DNA of 39,361 bases, from assembly GCA_027604505.1 (NCBI GenBank), contig JADIIX010000008.1:248001-287361 (forward strand), in the 5' to 3' direction. The stretch comes from Gonapodya sp. JEL0774 (taxonomy: Eukaryota). The notes under the pieces are model-generated. The model did not search any database. It worked only from the letters and a program-made list of their open reading frames with translations, and was not told the origin of the DNA. The position numbers and the translations under genes were made by a program. Shown one piece after another: positions 22,856-33,594 of the stretch (position 1 is its first letter; each line of letters begins with the position of its first letter).

Positions 22856-24526
22856 TCAGCATATCCATCCTCTCAGATTCAAATTGCATGCTTCCACTGT
22901 TGACAGACGATCAAGTAGTTCTAGGAATTGCTCGGCGTCACTTCCGGACTCCAAGTCGCATTATTGGGTTGGATGATCTTGATTCTGGCGCAACGGGGAT
23001 CTATTATATATTCCCCGCACCATCCATGAGGGACCTGTCAGTCCCGCGACCTTCCTCCATAGTTCCAGTACTACGGCGCTACCATAGCCAGGCCATTCAC
23101 CACGATGATCCGACCCCAGTGCCGAGAGAAGAGCAGCAACGGTCATGTCTCGTCCGAACATCAGGAAAATTTTCGGTGCATTTGGCGGTGTCGCGGAAGT
23201 TGAGGGAACAGAGATACTCTCTTGCAGGCTCAATCCACGAACATTGCCCTCCCCGTCATGATCTTCTATCTTCCCTCCGATCATCGTCACCAGACCAGCC
23301 AGCAACCCACCAATTGACTGTTTGATAACATTAACTCCATGTAAGACCTCTTCCAGCGTCGGTCAGATCTGCTTCGTCAAGCACTCCCGTTCATGTATCT
23401 CTGGTGGTTGCGGCAGGGCAAGGTGTCGATGTGGCACCATTTTACCGTGAGCTCAGTGAAAAAGGTTTCAGAAGAGAAACCGTGAACGTCTGGGAGTGAG
23501 GTTTGGAGGATTCTGGTAAATTTCGACAGTAGACGGTCACAACGATTCAAGTAATCTTGGTTCTGCGGCTGACTCTGGGCCACGGAGTGTAGGGCGGCCA
23601 AATATGAATCGGTAGTGAATGATGGATTTTAGGTGTCCACTTCATGCATTACGTTGAAGAAACACGGCATTTCTGTGTTTGTCGCACGCAATTCAACCAC
23701 CATCCTCGGGTACCACTGATAGCCTCACAGTATCCGTCTTCCCTATAATCACCTTTTCGAGAAGTCCAATAAGTACTGCATGGGCGCTTTGTTGGGTCCT
23801 CCAAAGCTCCGTCGCGCGGACTTCCAAATCATGACGTCCCAAGTGTGACGCCACGAGCCCGAGATACGGTGCAGTATGCACATCGTCGATAGTGCAATCA
23901 CGGTGTATGGGCGTGGTACCATAAACCATGTGAAGGTTGCTTCCTAAATCACGAAGGGCAGCTGCTCCTAAATCAGTCCTGGAAAGTTAATTCAATGTCA
24001 TTTTGGAGAAACGTCGGCGAAACAAGGAGTAAAAGTAATGCTCCCACATTTGCCCCCTTGCACATGATCCAGGCCAAAATCCGGAACCTTTCCCCGACTT
24101 CCTCGCACGTTCTGACTCTGACCTTGCGCAGCCCACTCTGATATCCGTGACCATAGACGAACGAGGATCCCACAGTGTGCCGTACTCAGGAAACAATGTC
24201 GACGAGCATGTGTAGGATTTGGAGGATTTGTTCTCTTCTGCAAAAAACAGTATGTTCGATTAACCGGATACAGATATGACGTCACCATCTCTCACTGAAC
24301 ACAGTGTGCAGCGTCCGATCGCCGTGTCGGAGGAAAATATGAGCTTGCAGTATTTGATAACCCGCGATAGCTTTGTAGTGCTCAGGATCGAGCTGCTTCG
24401 AGACACAATAGGTGAGGAAATCCGTGTTAAAATTTTAGATCAATCACAGTGTCCAATGCCAAATGTCATAAACGGACAACACATCGTGACGGAAAGTAAG
24501 ATCAAGATCAGAATATTATGCCCCAT
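22856..24526 (-). pseudogene. Disabled secreted/lysosomal-type histidine acid phosphatase (branch 2)
   Basis: RHGDRT at 24329-24312; WPGSCARGQ|MTDLG; VRATELWRTQQSA; WCHIDTLPC; EWPGYGSAVVLELW; signal-peptide-like MGHNILILILLSV. Lesions: start out of frame with the RHG exon and no AG acceptor between them; in-frame stops at 23631-23629 (TAA), 23365-23363 (TGA) and 22963-22961 (TAA); a frameshift near 23400; the catalytic HD replaced by RD (23152-23147). Confidence 0.8.
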
Positions 24527-24661
24527 TCACGTTCGTTACGGTATGGTCAGCAGATTGGGGAGGCAATTTTTGGTAACTTTAAAGTTCGAGCACAAGTTTG
24601 CCTGACATGCCCATTTTTACTGTCGGCGGGTCACTAGAATAGTTCACGCATCAAAAGATAA

Positions 24662-26511
24662 CTAGGTCACTCTATCCTCCAAGTTGCTGTTTGTGTGGAG
24701 AGATGCCTTTGTTAGTTCACAGTTTTGGGTTCTAGCCAATAGCTTGACTGTAAATTATTATATTCAACGAACAACGTGAGGCCCACCACCTGTTTCCATC
24801 AGAAAGACAAGGTGGTTTCACAATCGATTGCTGGTCCGACGAAGAAGAAGTACAGATTGGTCCCACCGAACACAAGGCTGATAACGATGAAGAACATTGT
24901 GATCCAAACTTTCAGGGAATGAGAAGCTTCACGATCAGCCAATAAAACGGAAGCGCTTCAAAAAGCGTAAGTTACGCACTGAAAACTGGAAGTCCAATCT
25001 TGCTTCCGGTAAATTGCTGCTTGATCAGGTCCGTCGTGCCGAACAGGTCAGAGAGGACGCTCGCGAGATATCCCAAGGCAGCCGCACATAGCACTATAAA
25101 TATCACCATCAAAAAACGTGACTGGAAACGGAGCTGGATGCAAGATTGAAACTTAAAATGAGGGTCTATTACCAACAGAACTGCAAACGTGGGAGGTGGC
25201 AACCAACGGCAACGATCCCACACAAAATCGAGACGAGAGAGCCACCAATGCCGAGAGAATCGTGTAGTCCATGCCAATTGTATCTACAACAGAAGCGTTT
25301 TGTAAGCCCTGTCATACAATTGCGCGAGAGGGCGAACATTTCGGGTTCTCACGACCAGCACAAAGTATTGAATTGCGAAACCAACGAAGACAAATATGTC
25401 CAATTTGAGAAGGAGGAGACAAACGTGATGGACAGTATACCGTCCTGACAACCACATGTTAAGGAGATCATGAGCATCATCACCAGTAAGACTCGGACTC
25501 ACGACGCTTTGATAGATCAGCTCCAATTTGTCGAAACATCATCCAAGCCATCTTTCTGTAAACTTGACTACCGATTGCCACCCAGAGAATCAAGAATATC
25601 TCGTTCGTCACCACGATTGCGTATCCCAAGTTGCGATGGACAATGTACGGTCGTTTTAGCTCGAAATCCGGGTACGTGCTTTGAATCTGGCTGAACAGAG
25701 CAGTCTCCTGAATAATATTGGCGATTGCGTCTGCCAAAGAAGACGTTACTCTCGCGATCGGAAGAAGGACTAGAAGAGCAAAAGGAAGCTTATCCGCGGT
25801 AATGCATCAACGCACAACCAAACGACACAGCGAGAAAGGCAAAAAGCGCTAAAAGCTCCATCGTGCTCGAATTGATTATCTGTTGGGTGGTCCCATTGAT
25901 GATGGCTTTGTTCCGTCCGAAGAAAACCAGGCTCACCGCATCCAAGTAAAGATAGAATTGACAAACCTGCGTGACCAGAAACAACCCATGATACACTTTT
26001 AGTGCGATTGCATATGACTGCAAACCGATCACTCTCGATTAGCTGAAACAATAAGGAAGAACGGGAAGATCAATACATTAAAGTACCTGGACGATCAGCC
26101 ATCTGTCGCCCCACCAGACTGAATAAGAGTTTTCCTGCCAGTAAGCAGCAATCCAGGCGTCTTGCTTAGAGTGATACACGAGTATCGCAATTATCAACGA
26201 CGCTCCAACGAGCACTTGTAGAACTGATAGCATGAATCCAAGGCGTGTGTAACGATCAGAGGATCCAGGTAGCTTGACGTCACGACAATTGGTTGCTGTG
26301 AATCATTTTGATGGAGCTCGGAAGGCTGTTCACAGTGCTCACTGATCCGAGAAGGGAATGATGGAGTCGCTGACCGTACAAGAGCCTTCTGAAAGAGGAG
26401 CGCGAAGCCACCAGTCCCATTAATGTTTGCATTAATGATGGATTCTTCGCTCGGATTCTCTTCCACTTCAGAGCTCGAGAGTTCGTTTTTCAGAGTCGCG
26501 TTTGCCGCCAT
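24662..26511 (-). pseudogene. UPF0658-like (fungal Golgi multi-pass membrane protein) paralog A, probably frameshifted
   Basis: Spliced blocks LPGSSDRYTRLGF, SYAIALKVYHGLF, QVYRKMAWMMFRQIGADLSKRR and LLLKLDIFVFVGFAIQY resemble the family's W..F/Y..IGAD and LLK.D.FFF.GF.IQ motifs. They align end to end with the gene at 27012-29024. The frame breaks around 25240-25350, and by +1 nt in the last exon (a WRIE* end at 24681-24667 is out of frame). Confidence 0.65.
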
Positions 26512-27011
26512 GGTGCTTTTTCACTTGTCTGTAACACCGAGGCTCAGGCTTTGCTGCACAAATCCGCTCCTGTTTCGACACCCTCACCGGCCATCACGGA
26601 GGCGTTTTGCACCTGACATAGACAAAGGAGACTAATTATTCTAGTACCTAAGCAAACTTTCTTGTTACAACTTAAATCGTAGTCATTATCATCCATATCT
26701 GATATTCGCTCTTGCCACGCCGCCCTGCTGCACTGCCACACTGCTTGGCTTCGGAGTATCAAAGACAAGAACACACAGCCTTAACAGAGAAGTGTTAGCG
26801 CGGGATAGAATCCCATCTGTCCAGTGAGCTATATTTCTGCGACTTTGGCAATTCGTAGGCTGAGAACATCAGTTCATCGCCACCGAGTCTCAACGTGTTG
26901 AACTTGTTCAATCCGCCAGCACAGCCTTGTGGACATTCCCAGGAGCACTGCTTCATGGGCACGACGGTACCTTTGCTAACAGCGTTCTCAACGGAAGGAT
27001 CAGAGGGAAAA

Positions 27012-29024
27012 ATGGTACTCTCTGTTGTCGCGCAGATTGCTACCGAGTCCTAGCGCCAATCTCGCCGATTTCTAGGCTAAACGGGGGGATACTGCGTCAA
27101 CCAGTCAAATTCTCATTGACAGTAGCGGCGAAACTGCGGATGGAACATCTTTCACTGAACGGAGTGTCGGTTTTATAAAGAAACTATCTCTCTCCCTATC
27201 GGGAAAGGTGAGAGTCACCCGCATCTTTAACGGTGCTCTGAGCCACTCATTTTATATTCCTTATCCATCATGTTTATACTAGCTACCTGGTTCCTCGGAC
27301 CGCTACACGAGGATTGGGTTTGTCCTCTCCATAGCCCAAGTCCTTGTCGGTGTCGCAATTATCCTGTCCATCCTAGTTTTCCACCTCAAACTAGACACAT
27401 GGATCTTAGACTATTACAGAGTCTTCCAGTCATCGGGTGACGTGGAGCAGGACGATTTGTATGAAGTCCAGGTCAGGGCACGTTGTTAGATCGTTGAAGC
27501 TCCCCCATTTGACTCCCCTCTCTTGACTCGCATTCGGCGCATAAGTCCTATGCACTGGCTCTGAAGGTGGATCGAACTGTGTCCTTTCCTTGCTTTTCCA
27601 TCTGCCCGCTCACAGTTTCACTCTCCCATTACATCTCGACCTAATGGACTCTCAGGTGTATCACGTTTTGTTTCTCGGAACCCAGTGCTTTCAGTTTTAT
27701 CTCTATATCGACTCGGTGAGTAAGCTACTCGTTTTCTCTCCGATGGCTTGGGTAGCATTTTGAAGTACAGTACTAAAATGACTGATTCCCAGATAGTTTT
27801 CTCGAATACGATGGAGCTTCTCACTCTGTTTGTGTTCCTCGCTATATCGTTCGGCTACGCTTGCGTGAACGTTGTTCAGGAAAAGAGCCTTGTTGCCGAA
27901 ATAGCGGGGACGTTCGAAAACTTCGAATTTGGAGACAGATACACCACACACCACAATCTTGGGTTCGGTATTTTGGCAACGAACGGGCTCTTCCTGCTTC
28001 TTTGGATATTCATTGGAAGTCAAGTTTACTTGAAGATGGGTTGGTTGATGTTCAGACAGACAGGAGCGGATCTCCAAAAGCGCCGTACGTTGTTGAACCC
28101 GTTGTCGCAAGGGTGCACATACCTTACGCTCTCGTCTTCGCCTCTTCTCGATAACATGTAGGACGGTATATATACCATCATCTTCTCCAATTGCTTTTGA
28201 AGTTGGATGTGTTCTTCTTCATTGGTTTCGCGATTCAGGTAAGGAATAGCTTTCGCTTTCCAACATCGGCGGTGGCTAACACTAGTCCCACCAAAAGTAT
28301 TTTGTCCTTGTAGTTCTGAACCCAAAGTACAGTTACCCTGTCGGAACAACAGTGGGCTTTGGAGTGGTTGCCATAGGTGGAGCGTTCTTTATTGTTTCCT
28401 TGGGACTCATTTCGGTGCGCACGGTCTCGCAAGAAATGATTTTGTTGTTACTCGAACATCTGTCGTTTCCAACCTTAGGTACGAAGCCAATCTGCAGTGC
28501 AGTTATCCGTGTTTGTTGTGCTTTGTGTTGCAGCTTTCGGTTATCTGGGTAGTGTCTTGTTTGACTTGTTTGGACGAAACGACAGCGTGAAGCAGAGGGT
28601 GAGTGGAGGATCACCAACTGTGTGTGCCCAAACCTGGGATGGTTTCAAAACATATGTTCGTCATAGTTCACAGGAAGCAGAGAAGGGCTAGCGGTGTTCG
28701 GTGAGTGGGAGCTTGCTGATATTCATTAGTGGCCATTGTTTACGTTACGGCGCCATTTGCAGTGTGTGGGACCATGTTCATGATTCTATTCACTGTGGTT
28801 TTGGCGGTGGTCAATGGCTACTACTATGTTGTTGGACCAGTTATCAACTGTGAGATACCTTGCCTGATTCAGTCTCGTTGGGTGTTTTCTCTTACGGTGC
28901 TCGTGGTCTCGTTGTATCTGTTTTTTCACCGTTCGCATAATCAGTCAAGGAGCTCAGTCGAACTCAAAACGAGAAAGAGATCAAGAAAATTGCGAAAGAA
29001 GAGGGCCAGTGGGACATCGATTAA
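27012..29024 (+). CDS. UPF0658-like fungal multi-pass (Golgi) membrane protein, paralog B, intact. Exons 27012-27014, 27076-27207, 27283-27471, 27546-27566, 27656-27715, 27793-28084, 28162-28238, 28298-28414, 28479-28598, 28667-28700, 28763-28849, 28945-29024
   Basis: All junctions are GT..AG and in phase. The product has about 7 hydrophobic segments, the motifs QVYLKMGWLMFRQTGADLQKRR and LLLKLDVFFFIGFAIQ, and ends GQWDID*. The family name comes from recalled motifs. Confidence 0.8.
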
Positions 29025-29205
29025 TCACTTGTTGGTCTACTAGTGGATGTAAAGGACTGTTTGCCACCATCATATATAGCTTCCGTATTGGTACCCACTT
29101 ATTTTCCGCTTGTATGAAGAGCCCACGAAGCCAATTCATCATCTCGTCAAAGAACGGTTAAATCTTATAATCAGATATCTACAAGGTGGGGTTTATTGTT
29201 CTAGG

Positions 29206-32200
29206 TCATGCTGTCATTCGCGCTTTCCACCAGTCGTTCATCCGGTCTGCTTCTTTCCGTCGATTTGCATTCTCGAGAATTTGCGTGGCCTCTCTGAGAA
29301 TTGTCAAAAGCTCCTCTTTGCTAATAAATGTGGACATGACTGGGACCATTTCAATTTGACCCCGACCGACGATGTCTGAGAGCCAATACGTTGCGGCGTT
29401 CACGACATCGCCCCACATTTGGTGCTTGGCCAGGATTTTCATAAAGAATGTGTACGTGATCGGCGAAAGGAGATACCGGTGAGGGGTTTGCATGCAGGAT
29501 CGGACGAGCCATTGCAGATGCCCAACCGCGGACTCCTCCCTGCCCATTAAGGTAAAAAGTGGCAAAAAGAAGTTGGCATGCGCTTGATCCGGGTCCCCAA
29601 GAATATAATAGAGCATTGGGTAACGTGAGTCTTTGAGGTGCGGTTCCTCTGTTACGGTTCCTGTCGTTGTAATTTGCACCCGACATTGGCTGACCAGATA
29701 CCATAATTTGAGCGTGGCAGTCCACCTTTTCTGCTCTGCGAGCTCCAAGATTGTTCCTTTTATTACATCCGCCGCAAAACTTGATCTCTCATCACGTTTC
29801 CACAATCCTTCTTCAGCTCTCTGAGCCCATTTCTTGTCTAGTCGAAATTCCCGGCTCACCAGATACTGCAGCACGTCTTGCCACGCATCAGGGTCATTTG
29901 ACCCGACAGCAATAGCGTGGAGGAAAAGGCGAACTGCCGAATAACTCAACTTTTGGTTGCGTTCAATTGCATCGGAGGTCACCTCGCGAATGCGATGAAA
30001 CTGGTTCGCAACCAAGTCGTAATCAAAGTCCAGATGATCCTCGTCAGCGTTGTCATGCAGATCGAAAGTTCCGTCCATATCATCGAACGGTTCTCCTTCG
30101 CCTTCATACAGAGTGTCGCCAGTTGTGGGAGTTCGCAAAGTCAATCCGGCTCCTCCCTCCTCTGACGTACCCTCGTAGATCACACCATCTTCTGATTCAT
30201 CGTCATCCGTCATCGCCGTTCTCGCTCCAGCAACCTTGTTTCCGAACCTCGTGGCCTCACCTAGCCTAGCCCTTTCAATAATTTCCAAGACAGTCCTTGC
30301 TGACATTCGCACAACAATATTGGAGTCTCGAGGCTTCAACGAAGTTACTTCACGAATCATGCGGAGCACCTCTTCTAGACGCTGGACGGCCTCTTCCACA
30401 CGAACGATCACTGTACCATCCGGTTCAACACGAGGGGACTGGGGAAACTCCCGAAATTTGGCCACATGACCACCACCAATCACTAAAGGGATGTATGGCG
30501 CTGACTGAACGCCCACTCTACCGTAATCTTCTCCTCCAGTTGCACCACGTCGGGACGGCGATGCCGTAGTCCTCCAATTTTCGCTCCCGTTACCCCTCCC
30601 GTCTACCCCACCCACCAGTACTCCCCCACTCACAGTCCACAGTACGTCAGAGATCAAACGGCCCAATCCAACCCCGCCCGCTTTGCTCAACTCCCTCATT
30701 GCCTCCTTCAAAAGCTCTATCGCATCTTCCCATCGACCCCGGCTCACCAAGACGGCCACCAAGGCATGGTACCCTTTGTCTCCAATTCCTCCCTTCCAAC
30801 CACGGATTGCTTCGAATCCAGCTGCGAAATCTCCGGCGCCAAAGCACAACCGCGCGAAAGTCGTCCGAATTACTGCGTTTGCCTTGCCTTTCGCAACCGC
30901 ATCCGAAAAAATCCTGGCTGCCTCATTCGGCTCACCCGCACGGAAATATGCTTTGATCAAGCAATGTATTGCCCAGAGCTCGAGCTCCCGTCCGGATTCA
31001 GCGGCTTTATCAACCCACTCACGAACCTGCGGCCAATTGCGAACCTTGACGTGCACTTCCAGAATTGCATGATCCAATTCGTCCGGCACGGAGGTCCCTC
31101 GTTCCTGATGCAAAGACACGCAACGCTTATAGTGCTGCTCCGCCAATGACGCGTCCCCCATTCGCACGTACGCCCCAACCAGGACTGCCTCAATCTCAGG
31201 TGATGAACCGAGTTCGAGACCATGCATCGTACGAAGATGGTCCAATGCAAAGAGGAGGTTGCGGCGGTCTCGTGCGCGCACAAAAAAGTACACCAGACGA
31301 AGTGCCTGTTCTGCGGTAGTGGGGACCTTCTCGTGGTGCACAGTCATTGTTTCCATTGCAGAACGCCAGACAGCCAATAGCATCGTAGTAGTTGTCGGTG
31401 TAGGACTTGCTTTCGAGAGTGCCGTCATCACAGCATGGTGCAGATGAGAAACCTGGGAAGGAGTAACCTTGACACCGCGGTGAAGCCACGTCCGCGCCGT
31501 CATCAAATGAATAGACCCGCAGAAAAATCTTGGCTCCCACGCGTCAGGATCGTCAAAGGGTTTTGTAGTGACTCCTTTCACGAGTTTCTTCGCTTCACTC
31601 CATACTGCTTTCCAAACCCTGTACGCTGCCAGTGCTCTCGGTCTACCTCCAAACGCCCTACAAACGATGATGGCAGTACGAACGGCGGGCCAAACGCCCG
31701 CCCGAAGCATATCAATGTATGTGGCCGCAACCGCAACATCGTCCCGCTGGTTGGCATGGTAACTGAGGTGATACTCGAAAGATTTTCGAACTCGACGAAG
31801 AAGTAATGGGAGTGGGAGAGAGTTTAGACAAGGGATGCGGGGATGGGCGAATACCGACGTCGAGTCGCCGAAACCGATGGTTCGGTCCGTGCATTTCCAG
31901 TCAAAAGGTTTAAAGTAACGGAGTCTATGAGTCGCTTCCGACGGTGTGATAGGCTTCAGTTCAACTACGGACAACCAACGGGTAGTTGACAGATCCACCA
32001 GGTCCTGTGTGCGTGAGTGCTGAAAACACAGTTCCTCTAGTAATACCCACGTAGCTTCAGATGGATCTGTGCGAAGAGTGAGTACAGATTTACGGACCCA
32101 CTCGAGGACATCCGTGAGAGTATGAGGCACTGTGCGAGAGGGGGTAGTTTTGGTCGGAAGCAATGATATGGGCGCGGAATTGGAGGAGGGATCCATGGTA

Positions 32201-33594
32201 GAAGAGTTGAAGAGCTTGATGTGGGCAGAGAGCACCACATCTACTGCATTTCGACCCATTCTCGCGGATCGTGGTAAAGACGGATCACACGCGACAATTG
32301 CGCAAGTCTCCGCATCGCTTAGTCTTCCCTGATCAACTAACCCTTGAAGGACTTTAAACCACTCGTCGGAATCATGACGATCGAGTGACAATTGTGAGGT
32401 GGGAAAAATTTGTTGAAGCGCATGTAGGACAAGACGCGGAGTGTTTGGTGCTTGAAATGCGAGTCGAGCGATCCCAGGGACGAGATATGAAGGAACTATT
32501 GATGGTGTGATCAGGTTTTGTGCGAGATCGAGAGGTGCTTCGGAGAGGATCCGCGCAACAGTGTGGGACAACAACTTGGGATGGGGTCCGAGGGCGAGGA
32601 GGAGATCGGATAGAGCAGACATGGACACAGAGAGAACAGAGCGCACATCACTGGCCTGAGCGGCATGGTCGGACGTGCTTTGAACATCCGAATATTCTTC
32701 GGAAACAAGTCCCGCGGCAACCGCCCCAGACAGGTCAGCCCATAGTTTAATTGAAAGTTCTTGTGTGGAACGTCGAGCGGCAGAAGAAAGTGAAGCACAA
32801 GCTGCCGCGTAGTCGGAGCGGGCGCAGAGGGAGCTCGTTTGGGCATGCAGCTGGTCGAAAAAGCGAAGAGATACTGGGGAATCGCCGCGCGGTTTCACCC
32901 CTGATAATCCGTCAGTTTCTGATCCACCATGGATGGTAGAATAATGCTGAGATGCAGATATTTCTGTTGCAGGTGATCGGAGTCTCGGCTTAGGGTTCAT
33001 CTCCCTGTTCGCCGCGGGTTCCGTGTACGGAAGTCCTGTTCCTCCTGCGCCGGGCCACAAGGTCCTCCGTTCCAAGAGATCCCCATCAGCGTTCGAGACA
33101 GAAGGGGTCTCTTGCAAAGTGAGAGGTGGTGGTGGTGGAAGGGAAGGAGGATCTTGAAGTCACAAGAAACGAATAAATTTGAGATTTCAAGGGGACTGCT
33201 GCGTGAGCTTGCACGTACTTTGTGCGCGAGAAGGCGTTTGAGGAATTTTTGATGGCTGAGTTTGCGATTCGATCGTTGCTGCTGAATCTGATTGAGTGGA
33301 GCGTTCCACCGGTGGTCGTGTCCGAACAGTTCTCGCCGAAGAAGCTGTCATTCGTTCCACTCTCTTTAGCCGTGTCCCGCATGTTGCAGTTGCCCGCGCC
33401 ATTGCTGCTACGGGAGTGACTGAGGTCACAGGACGCGGCAGCACTCCTCGGCATACAATAACTGGACTCCCACACCTTGACACGTCTGCTCGAGCCAGAG
33501 CAGTCACGCGCGACACCCAGTTATCGTTATACAGCAGAAATACGGGTGCGCCCGAGGCGGTAGCAACCGTTCGCCCGCTTCGCGTAGCCTGCAT
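29206..33594 (-). CDS. Pentatricopeptide-repeat (PPR) protein, probably mitochondrial RNA-binding; exons 33594-33219, 33152-29206; ~1,440 aa
   Basis: A phase-1 GTACGT..AAG intron (33218-33153) joins an Arg/Ala/Thr-rich presequence-like exon to the 1303-aa ORF. Tandem ~35-aa helical repeats: AVLVGAYVRMGDASLAEQHY, HCLIKAYFRAGEPNEAARIFSDA, YHALVAVLVSRGRWEDAIELLKE, ITYTFFMKILAKHQMWGDV. Confidence 0.8.

Noticed and set aside
22856..24526. Stop-codon reassignment or readthrough explaining the in-frame TAA/TGA in the phosphatase
   Set aside because: Neighbouring intact genes end normally with TAA or TGA and have no internal stops; the phosphatase also has frameshifts and a lost catalytic residue.
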